Source: Amoebidium appalachense (lineage: Eukaryota; Protista; Ichthyosporea). Taken from it: a DNA stretch of 64,000 nucleotides. Below the pieces are notes generated by a model. The model made no database searches, was not told where the DNA came from, and was given only the letters and a program-made list of their open reading frames with translations. The translations under genes were made by a program, and so were the position numbers. The stretch covers positions 2,914,001 to 2,978,000 of the forward strand of contig CAVNZM010000015.1 in the NCBI GenBank assembly GCA_963693365.1, written 5' to 3'. Below, one piece after another: positions 1 to 11,640 of this stretch (its first letter is position 1; every line of letters begins with the position of its first letter).

Positions 1-635
1 GTACTAAAACTAAATTGACCGACACAGCTAAGATGAGAGGCATCAACCGGCAGAGTTGGCGGACAGTGCAAAGCTCAATTTGGTAGATCTATGCTTGGAA
101 CGGGTGCTTGTCGTGAAGAAAAGAGTACTTGTATATAATTGACAAGGGGTTATTATGCCTTATAACTCAGTAAAGTCTTGCTCAATTTGATATAGGTTCC
201 ACTCATGACTCCACACAAGTAATTATACAGTCACAAACACTGTGCAAAAGAGGAAAAGAGGTTAGCCAGCTAAAAAGGGAACGCAAACGCCGTAACGGTA
301 ACGGTCAAAATTTGAAGAATTTTCAAATATTCAAAAACACCGTAACTTTTGAAAACTTTGATCACCATAATTTGCATTTGGAAAAGAAACATTCACCTTA
401 TTGGCGATCATGAGCCCCAGCAATTTATAAAGCTGAGTGTCTCCTCCTAGCGACCAAAAAGGCGCGTAGGCTGTGTTTGCGACATCGGCGCACATGACAG
501 CGAGAAGGGGAAGCTCAGAATTTTTCTTTGCCAGCAGTGAATTGATATGAAATTGAATGCAGGGAGACAAGAGGAGAGGAAAAGAGAGAGGATCCGCGGT
601 TTCTGTGCTGCCGCTGCATAGGCAGTTGCGTTAAG

Positions 636-961
636 ATGGGTCCAAAGAAGCCCGCAGTGGTGCGCCCCAGGGTGTTCCTGGACGTTGGGTGGGTGTGGTG
701 CTGCCTGTTAATGTGGCGTGTGTTTTGTGTGTGAGTGCGTGCGTATGGGGGGAGTGGAGGAGGAGGAAGGGGGGGGGGGGGGATGGAGGGGGGGATAGGG
801 GTATATATATATTATGTATGGGGGGGGCATGCGGATCATGCGCGTGCGTGCATGCGTGCGTAGCTGCATGCGTACACGCAGGCGGACGGGCGTGCGTGTG
901 TGCGGGCGTGTGTGCTTGTGTGTGTGTGTGTGTGCGTGTGCGTGTTTGTGTGTGCGTGTGT

Positions 962-1006
<45 letters not shown>

Positions 1007-3069
1007 GGGAGAGGGTAGGAAAGCGCCTCACCCCCCCGCCCCCCCCTCTTCCGAGGGACAGGTTGGGAAGAGAGGCGGCTGAGAGAGGGGGAGGTTGATG
1101 TTGGGGTGCGCACTCTTGGGGGCGGAGAGAAGGGGGGAGAGAGGGGGGGGGGGGGGGGGGGGGAGAGGGGGGGGGGGAGAGAGAGAGAGAGAGAGAGGAA
1201 GAGGGGGCAGGGGGGAAGGGTTTGAATAGGCTGATAAAGAGAAGAGAGGTGGGCGGGGTTGGAGTTGGGGAAGGGGGGATAGGGCATGAGAGTAAATGAA
1301 GAAACGGGGAAACATGAACTAGCTTGGGAGGGGGAGAAGGGGAGGGGAGGGGGGGGGGGAGGGGGGTTGGGGGGTGGAGAGATTTGGTGAAAATAGTGAT
1401 AGAATGGCACCTCTCACCCACCGTATATTTATCGCTTTTCCATTTGCAATATTAACCCATGCAGACCTGGATACTAACAAGCATTTCCTTCCACTATGTC
1501 TCTTCGAACGCTCCAGTGTGTCAGGAAAACCAGGTATGGTTCTTTCGACTTGGAACATTTGCAACTACCCGTGCACCCAGCTGCCTTTTGCTCAACTAAG
1601 AACAGCACTTTGCAAACTAACGATAAGGCTTAGTATTGCTACTGGTTCTCATGTGCCCGTTTGCAGCATAGATTCGTGGCACTGTTAAGTCTATTCGATA
1701 ATCCTTGTTTGTGTTTAGGTAAAATTAAATAGGCCTTTTCTCAGTTAGGGATTCGGCACATCACACATCCAAGCAGTTGCAAGGTCTATGTGAACTCTCT
1801 TCCCACTCCCCCCCCTCCCCCGCCTTACAAACCACAAGCCGTAAGGTTTCTGTCCAAAATCACAACTGGACTGACCGCAAATGGTTTGGCAATCTGCAGT
1901 GGGGAGGATTGTCATTGAGCTATTCATCGATCTTGTTCCGAAAACGGCCGAGAACTTCAGATGTCTCTGCACAGGTGAGCCTCCCCCCTCCCCCTCCCCC
2001 CCCCTCCCCCCCCTCCCCCTCCCCCCCTCCCCTTCTCCCTCCCCCTCCCTCCCCTTTCCCCTCCCTCCCCATCCCTCTCTCCATCATCCCTTTCTGCCCT
2101 CATCCCACCTTGCCATTTTCTGCCTGTCTGTCCTTCCCACTGTCCTTCTTTTCACCCCTCCCTGCCCCCCTTTTCGTCCCCACTATCATCTGTCACCACA
2201 CCTGTCTGCACACAGCCCCCACCCACCCACCCACCCACCACCCTTCTCCCTCCCCCCTCCGCCTTCCCCCCCCCCCCCCCCCCCCCCTCCGCTGATGATG
2301 GGCTCTGTTCAAGTGTCTTCTGCCTGCACGCTTAAATCGTTTAATTTTGGATCTCCCACTTTTGTGACGTTTCGTTGTTGCTCGTTGTTGTCTCCTCCAT
2401 ATTTGCAACCCTCTAACACATACATCCCCCCCTCCCCTTGCCAACCTACCCCTTCCCCCCCCCCTTTCCCGGCTCTCCACCCCGCCCGTTTGTCCCCTTA
2501 TCACCATCTCTCCCCCGGCCTATGCTTCTGTAAGTCCTATATAGACACAGATTTTATACAGTTACATGCACGTGCACAAACCCCCACGGCCACAAGAGAA
2601 TTCACGACTCTACGCAGAGGGAGTTACACAGAGAACAAGAGTAGGTGTATGTTCTGCACACGAACCAGCTATTTTCATGTTTGCCCAAGCCGAACTGGCA
2701 CACAAAATCACCTTACATGCACCGGGGGGTGGGTGGGGGGGGGAGGGAAGGGGGGATGGGGGGGTGTTGGAAACGCTTCATATGTGCATGCACGTAAAGC
2801 ACGTAATAGAATGGGGGATGTATTACGAATAATGAAATTTGGCAACATTTTCGGGGAAGGAAGGATGTAGAGAAAATGACACGGGCTTTCTCGGTCTGTT
2901 CCCCCTCCCCCCTCACCCTCCCCCCCCCCCCCTCCCCCCCCCCCCCCCCCTCCCTCCCTCCCTCCCTCCCTCCTCTCTCCCCACCTCCCTCTCTCTCTCT
3001 ATCTCTCCCTCCATCTCTCATCCCTCCCCCCTCCCCCCCATCCTCCCCTTCCCCCTCTCTCCATCTTTC

Positions 3070-3106
<37 letters not shown>

Positions 3107-3132
3107 TTCCCTCCCTCCCTCCCTCCCGTTCT

Positions 3133-3165
<33 letters not shown>

Positions 3166-3821
3166 GGGGGAGTTTGGAGGGCGTCTGCACTACAAGGGTG
3201 TGCGCCTCCACCGCATCATCAAAGGGTTCATGGTGCAGGGGGGGACATTGCTGCCGGCAACGGGTCGGGTCCATCCACTTCCATATTTGGCGGCGAATTT
3301 GCAGGTGGGTATGCATTCCGTTGCCTAAATATGGAAAGTTAATGTCCATATTTGGCTGCAAGATCGGAAATTGTGTATTGTATTGTACTTGTGTGATGGA
3401 AGAGACGTTTATGTACATATTTAGCAAGTTGCAGGTTGATGCATTCCTGCTACCTAAATTTGGAAATTAGATGTCGTCATTTGACAATGAGTTTTATACT
3501 GGTGTAGCATGTCTGCTATTTACCTAGACCCCAATTTCCATCTTTGTTAGTGTGTGTGGAGGTGGGTGCTGCGTTCCTGGTTAGTGAAATCGGAAAGTGA
3601 ATTGTTCATATTTGGCGGCAAGTTTCCATGTGTACTTCTGCTGGATTTTGCCCCGCTTGATATGCCATTTGCGTAGAAACTATTGGGGAAAGAGGGTGTG
3701 TACATTACAAACACAAACTATCCACCGGAAGCAGCCACTACTATCGGCGAGTCCCTCTCACTCCGCACATGCTGAATACCTGCTTCTCCCGCCCTCCCCC
3801 CTCCCCCCTTAACACACCACA

Positions 3822-3857
<36 letters not shown>

Positions 3858-4063
3858 CCACTTACCCACCCACCCACCCACCCACCATAGAGTTCCCACC
3901 ACTCAGCACACAAAAACCTGTGCACATCGATGCCTTAACCTACTAATGCACACCCAACCCATATTCAGATGAGAATCTGACGCTGAAACACGACCGGCCT
4001 TTTCTGCTGTCTATGGCCAACAAGGGACCAAACACAAACGGATCCCAGTTCTTCATGTAGCAT

Positions 4064-4098
<35 letters not shown>

Positions 4099-5528
4099 CA
4101 CACACACACACGCACACACACACTCACACACCCGTACATCTCACCCCACCACCCTCTTTCCCCAACAAACACACACTTGCACGCACACACCCGCGCACAC
4201 ACACACAACACACACACACACACACGCACACACACACACACACTGCATTAGTGAAAATGGCATTTCCCCGAGCTTGGTTTGTCATGCACGTGGTTAATTC
4301 GTCGTTACTCTAGGCATCCTGTATAATAATCATGAACACTTGAGCCTGAGGATGGATCCCCTTGGCCTATAGTGCACCCTATCGCACGGTATTTTCTTTT
4401 GCATATGTTTGTGGTTGTGTCGTCTTTGTAATTCGAACAGAGGATTTCATAAACTTGGAAATGGAGAGAGTGGGGATGAGGCGAACGTGATCTTTGATTG
4501 TACATCCCAAGCTGTCTGGATTTCTAATCTCATGGGGTCTGGAAGTGACTCGGTTTTTTCTCTTTTTTGCAGCTTTTTTTTTCTTTTTTTCGGAATGAAG
4601 AAGAGAAGAGGGAGAGCAATGTACCAAGGGAAGAAAAAAGAACAGGGGAGAAGTAGATGGGCGGGTGGATTTATTTACACCCTAGGGGTATACCCGTGTT
4701 CAGGTTGCGTATTTTTGTGATTATCACTCATTACTGATTCCTTGTCATTTTCCTTTTGCAGAACTTTCAAGCCTACACCACATCTGGATGGGTAAGACGA
4801 GCCCCCCCCCCCCCCCCCCCCCCCCCCCCGCCCGCCCCTCCCTCTCCGAGTTTTTCTTTACTAGTTTGTGACGTTACCACTGGTGATGTCTTTTTGTGTC
4901 TCCTTCTCCATATTTCCAATCCTCTAATGCATACCCCTCCCCCCTCCCCCCCCCCCCCCCCCCCCCCCCTTCCCACCCCCTCCCCCCACCTCCTCCCCCA
5001 CCATGCATCGTTATGTTACTCTATCAGCCATAACCCCGTTCTTCATAATATACACCCCCTTCACAACATTCCCCCCCCCCCCCCCCCCCCCCCCCCCTCT
5101 CCCTCCCTCCCCCCAGGCGGCTTCCCACCCCCTCCCTCCCCCCTTCTCCTCCTCCCCACTAACCCACCCATCAACGTTCACATGCATTTGTAAATCTCTC
5201 AGGCGCATTCTTACTTTTCTGAAAATTGGTCGAAAATGTGATACAGTCGGTGACAAGGAGGTTTTGCTTTGTCTATGTTTCACACCCACGTTTTGTGGCT
5301 TCATTTTAAAACATCTGCATCGCTTTTTCTGCCGGGAATTCCTTTAATGATGTTACCGTTCTAACCCCCCCCCACCCCCCCCACCCCCCACCCCACCCCA
5401 CCCCCTGGAGAACGGGCCTGTGTTGCATACTTCGTGTGTTCGTCCTTTTTGGGCATGTCTGGAATAGTTACATGTTTTTAACTGGTACTTCTTACTGATC
5501 CCGCATCCCCCCTCCCCTCCCCCCCCTC

Positions 5529-5601
<73 letters not shown>

Positions 5602-6014
5602 ACATACACACATGCGTGCAAGCAAGTATGCACACACACACACACACACACACACTCACTCACTCACACTCACACTCACACTCACACTCATACACTCACA
5701 CACACACTCACGCACATGCACATGCACGCACGCACACACACTACACACACATACACACACCCATCACACACGTACACGTACACACGTACACCCACGTACA
5801 CACACACGTACACACACATGCAGCAAGCACGTTGTGTTTGGGCAGGTGGTGGCAGGGCAGGACGTTGTGATTCAGCTTGAGCAGTTGGAGACAGACACGA
5901 AGGATGCACCGTATGAGAGGGTGACTATTATGAAGTGTGGGGAGTTGATCCTGAAAAAGGCCGCAAAGAAAGGTGGGTTATTTATTTTATATATTTTTTA
6001 TTTCATTTTATTTT

Positions 6015-6058
<44 letters not shown>

Positions 6059-6172
6059 GACAGAGAGAGAGAAAGACAGAGAAACAGGGAGGGTCACTAT
6101 CATGAAGTGTGGAGAGTTGATACTCAAGAAGGCAGCGAAGAAAGGTAGGTGTAACGTTAGCAGGGTGGTAGT

Positions 6173-6239
<67 letters not shown>

Positions 6240-6752
6240 GGATGGAGAGGGAGAGGGAGAAGGGAGAGGGATAATGCTTATGTGCGTGTGTGAGTGCCTG
6301 TGTGTGCGTGCGTACGTTTAAATCAAAGGGTGGATTGAGAACCATGCGCGTGAAGCAAAAAAGTCGAGGGGAAAAAAAAAGAGATGAGGTAGGAAAGGGA
6401 AGAGGACGAGAGAATGAGGGACAGAGAGAGACTTCCATATATAAGAGAGCGTGGCACGGTTGCTCCGCCTCCCCACATCCTTTCCCGCCTTTTCTACTCT
6501 GCTTTGTTTTTATGTTTTAGTCAACCTTGTGTGCTCCGCCTACTGACCATATCCATCGTAAATCTCACAGATAAGAATAAGGCAGGCTCCGATTCCAGCT
6601 CGAGCTCTAGCTCCGACTCAAGCAGTAGTGACAGGTAGCCCCCCTCTCCTCCCCCCCCCCCCCCCCCCCTTCCCCCCCTCTCTCTCTCTCTTTTCCAGCG
6701 TTGCCGGAGTACCTAGGGTGCCTGCTTGTGGTGCAAGAGTTTTTATTATTTT

Positions 6753-6783
<31 letters not shown>

Positions 6784-7757
6784 TGGTGGTGGTGGTGGGG
6801 GGGGGGGGGGGGGGGGGGGGGGTTAGATGTTCCTTGTGTGTGAGAGAGAAGGGGGGCCCGGGGAGGCAGGGTGTTGACAGGTGGGAGGGGTGATTGAAGG
6901 CGGAAGGCAAAATAGTGGCCCCAGGGAAGGGGGGGGGGAGGGGGACCGTGGTGGGTGGGTGTTAGATAAAGAAAGCGTGCATTTGTGAGCTTATTTGGGG
7001 GGAGGGGGGGGGGGGGGGGGGGGAAGGATGAGGGGTTACGATACCACGCTGACTTTTTCCTTTTCCCCCTTTTTCTTCTCTTTTTCCTTTTTTTTTTTTT
7101 TTTTTCTTTTCTTTTTTCTTTTTTTTGGTTTCAACGGCAGCAGCTCCGAAAGCAGTTCAAGTTCATCGTCAGAGTCAGCGTCAGAATCCAGCGATGAAGA
7201 AGAAAGAAAGAAAAAGAGAAAGAAGCAGAAGCAGAAGGGGAAGAAGGGAAAGAAACAGAGAAAGGAGAAGAAAAACAAGAAGGGTGGAAAGGGGAAGATG
7301 GGAGAGGAGGATGGGGGGGAGAGTGGCGGCGATGGGGGTGATGCAGAAAGCAAGGAAAAGGAAAATGGGAAGGACAAGGGGGAGAAGGAGAGAGAGGGGG
7401 AGGATGGGGGAGAAACGAGCGAGAGGGAGGGGGAGGAACCAAAAGAAAAGGAAACGAAGGAAAAGAAAGAAAAGGGCAAGGTAGAGGATAGGGAGGAAGA
7501 TGGGGAGACGAGCGAGGAAGAGGGAAAGAAGAAGAAGAAAGAGAAGGAGGGGAAGAGCAAGGGCAAGGGGAAGGAAAAAGAGAAGGAGAAGGAGAAGGCA
7601 GGGGAAGGCACGACTGGTAACCAATACCCTCATCCCCTCGCCTCCCCCCCCCCCCCCTCCCCCCCCCCTCTTCCCCCCTCCACACACAGACACACATATA
7701 CACGTGCATAGGCACATTCACATCCGCACACACATATACACACACGCGCGCACACAC

Positions 7758-7789
<32 letters not shown>

Positions 7790-8105
7790 TCACGTTCGCA
7801 CACACAGTCAGACTCACGCACACACACACTCACGCGCGCACACACAGTCACACACGCACACGCACACGCACACGCACACAACACACACACTCGCATTCAC
7901 ACTCGCACTCACACTCACACTCACGCGCTGGCCCTGTTCGTTTCACCCTGCAACTTGACCCCAATCTCCCCCCCCCCCCCCCCCGGAACCCCCCTGATGA
8001 TCGGCTCTGGTCAAGTGTCTTCTGCCTGCATGCTTCTCATTTTTGGACGTCTTTGTTTTTGCTCTTTGTTGTCTCCTCCGTATCTCCAACCCTCTAACGC
8101 ATACA

Positions 8106-8143
<38 letters not shown>

Positions 8144-10500
8144 CCCGCCCGCTCGCCAGCTTCCATGCCCCGTGTCCCCGGCTCGGATAATCAGGAGGAG
8201 AGGACGACATTTTTGATGTCGTTTTAGTATTCCCGGGCACCAAACGTGTAGCCGTTGTGTCTCTATGGTGAATGTGTAGCTCTTCGCCTTGGGGCTTTCG
8301 TACACATCCCCCCCCCCCCCCAAAAAAAAAAAAAAAAAAAAAAAAAACCACAACCACAACCACCACCACCACAGTCAGCACACACACACTCACACACCCG
8401 ACACACGCACAGATTCCCCTACCCCATACCCACCACTCTGGCACATCTGCGGACGATTCCTTGTTGCTATGTTTTGGTTTTGCATTTGTTTTCTTCTGTG
8501 CATTCTCTAAGTGTCTACTATTGTATGTGCCCCTCTTTTGACCAAGGTGCATGCATGCAGCAAGTGAAGGGGAAGAGAAGAGACGTTCCAACGCAAGGAT
8601 ATCGGAGAAGTCAGGCAGGCTCATTCGTGGGAGAGGGAACATGGTAAGGGGGAAAAAAGAAAAAAAAGGAGCCGGGGGGGAGGGGGGGGGGAGGGGGGGG
8701 GGGGGGCTTGCTGGTGGCAAGTGTGGTTTTTTCTTTTTGGGATGGTGCCGTGGAATATGGGAGGGCGGGGTGGGGTGTAAGTGGGAGCATTCGTGCAGCT
8801 CTAGATGTCCGAAATCTAGATTGAGAGGAATGCGTTAATTGTATGCCGCCGATCTGATTTGGATTTAAAATTTTACAAGGTTTGATTAAATTCTAGATTC
8901 GCGGCTGCGCTTCGAATCTGGAAGAGGAGGGGGGGGGGGGGGGGGGGGGTCTTCCAGATTTCTGCTGATGTACAATTGGCCGGCATATTTGGCACACGGC
9001 CAATCACGAAACGCAAGTTTCACGATTGGCTGTTCTAACGCAAGCCACTTGCCCCTACACATTCATGATCTACACATTCCTCTCAATCTAGATTTTGAGC
9101 ATCTAGAGTCACATGAGTGCTCCCAGTTAGAGAAAATTTGCAAAGTTACTCGTGTGTGTGTGTATGTGCGTGTGTGTGAAAAGTTGTGAAGCTGCAGTGT
9201 AAATTCGTGTGCTCGCGTGTAAATTCGAGTGTTTGTCTGTGAATTTGGTTTGCGTGTGAATTCGGATGTTCGAGTGTGAACTCGAGTGTTTTTGTTTTTG
9301 GTGTGCTGTAATTCCGTGTACACTTGGAGGAACGGTGCGCGGGGGGGGGGGGGGGTTCAACATGTGGGCATCCACTTCAGGTCTGTTGGTGCCCGAGACT
9401 AACTCTTTTCTTTGTTGGTTGCAGCGATTCAGATCACCATCACCTGGTGCAAGGTAAATATGTCCCCCCCCCCCCCCCCCCTCCCCCCCCCCCCCCCCCC
9501 CCCCCCCAACTCTCTTCCCCAACACACAACACACGCGCACACGTTCAAAAAAAAAAAAAGGGGGGGGGGGGGGGGGAGAGGAAGAAAACTAAGAGAAGGA
9601 AGGAAAAGCCCACGACACCATTCATCCTCTCTGATGTGTGTTTCAATAGTTCTCATTCATGGTTGTGGCTTCTTGGACTATTCTGGAAAATGAAGTCTTT
9701 TGCTGAATGCATGGGCCTGATAGTGCTGTGCGATACCCCATGTGTACTTCTCCATGCTGCAACGTTGCAGTGTGCTTATGTATACAGAGGGGTTGGGATG
9801 TAGGCTTCAAATGGATAGGCGGGGAGGGGGGGCTGTGTATGTGAGTATCCTTTGTTTCCCCCTTCGTTTCCTGTTTTTTTTTTTGTTTTTGTTTTTTTGG
9901 GGGGGGGGGGATTGGGGTATACGTTATACGTTTGTGTGTTAGGGAGGGGGGGGGGGGGGGGGGTAGATAGGTGCTTGTGTGTGCTTGCTTACATGAAGTT
10001 AGTCTGCTCCATTTACTTCAATTTTCATGACATCACTTCTCCACACATCCACTCACTTCTTCCCTCCCGCCGTTTAAACACACAGGCGTCCTTGGGAGAG
10101 GAATCAAGGCCCCAGTGGCTACCGTTGGAACGACCGCGATCGGGGTCGCGATTACGACCGCGATAGAAATTACGATCGCAATCGCGGTTACGATCGTGAT
10201 CGTGATGCACCCAGGGGAGGGTATCGAGATCTGGACGCCCAAGACGATCGCAGGCCAGGTCGGGCAGATGGCGATTGGAGATCCGATCGGCGCGACCAAT
10301 CACGGGAGGAGTTCCGTAAGCCAGGGTTTGACCTCCGCGAGATGCTGAACAGGTGTGTGGTATTTTAAAAAAAGAAAAGAAAGAGAAAAAATTAAAATTT
10401 CCATTCCCTGCCCTGAAAATTAAAATGAATACATGCTTGTGTCTGCTGCACTTAAACGACCGATTTAAAATACTCGTACGGGGACCACCCGAATCACACA

Positions 10501-10537
<37 letters not shown>

Positions 10538-10750
10538 TTCCCCCTCCCCCTCCCCCAACACACACACACACACCCACAAGCACACATGCACACATGCAGG
10601 TACACGTGTAACGCAATCGCCACCCCATAACCACTGCTGCACTCTCGCGCACATTCCGTATTCCAAGGTAAATTTCCCATGCTGCAAGTGCCCAAAAACC
10701 CCTCTAACGCACACATCTTCCCCTCCAAAAGAAAAACACACGTACACGCG

Positions 10751-10803
<53 letters not shown>

Positions 10804-11608
10804 ACACACACACACACAGGCGCCGTGCCAGTGAAACCACCAAGTCACCCAGTCGGGATGACCGAGACAGGGGTCGTCGGGACGATCGCGACGATTCCCG
10901 TCGGAGATCTCCCGATCGCTCACGTGGTAGAAGCCCTGATCGGCGCGGATCGCGCCGATCGCCCACACCAGATCGGGACCGGAAACGGTCCCCGGCAACT
11001 AGGCGCGATCGTAGAAGATCGCGTTCCCGGTCCCGTTCGTGTTCGCGTTCACGATCACCCGAAGAAAAGAAAGCAGAGAAGAAGGGGGATGATAGAAGTC
11101 AGAGCCGCAGTCCAGACCAGAAAAAGGAGGATGGGAAATCTCGCGACAGGAGAGATCGCAGCCGATCCAGCGGAAGTGAAGATGGTCGGGAAAGGGCATC
11201 GAGCCCAAAAAGAAGATCGGGGAGTCGTGGCGCCAGCTCAAAAGGCAGGCACGAAAGTCGATCGAAGTCCAGATCGAAGAGCAGATCGAGATCGAGAGCT
11301 AGATCGGAATCGAGATCGAGATCTAGGTCGCGATCGAGATCGAGATCACCGCCTAGGGGCAGAGGGAGAAAGGAGTCCCCTGTGAAACGGGATAGGAGGG
11401 ATCACAGCTCGGATAGCGATGGGTATATGCTTGTTCTATCTCCGTCCCGCCCTGCATTCCTCGCTCTGCGTCTCTCCCACCCTCCCTGTTCCTCTCCCTC
11501 TCCCTCCTTCCCTTCCTCTTTCCTGTTGTCTCTCACTGCTGCCTTTCACTCCCCTCCTCCCCACCCCTCCCACCCTCTCTCTCTGTCTCTTTCCGTCTGT
11601 TCTCCCCC

Positions 11609-11640
<32 letters not shown>

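Noticed and set aside
2292-2425. Family A as box C/D or H/ACA snoRNA (TGATGA near the 5' end, ACA near the 3' end)
   Set aside because: There is no terminal CTGA D box, terminal stem or H box. The box varies to TGAGGA in other families, and variable truncation fits a retroelement better.
5200-5420. Possible small MITE (CAGGCGCATTCT ... AGAACGGGCCTG)
   Set aside because: Only a 10/12 inverted match, with no TSD and no second copy in the window.
8218-8230. Stop-codon readthrough or recoding at TAG after ...TFLMSF
   Set aside because: A GT at 8218 spliced to the AG at 8546 keeps the frame, and all other exons use the standard code.
10025-11385. Antisense and alternative-frame ORFs over the RS domain
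   Set aside because: They are a by-product of near-palindromic GATCG/AGATCG codon repeats encoding RS/RD dipeptides.
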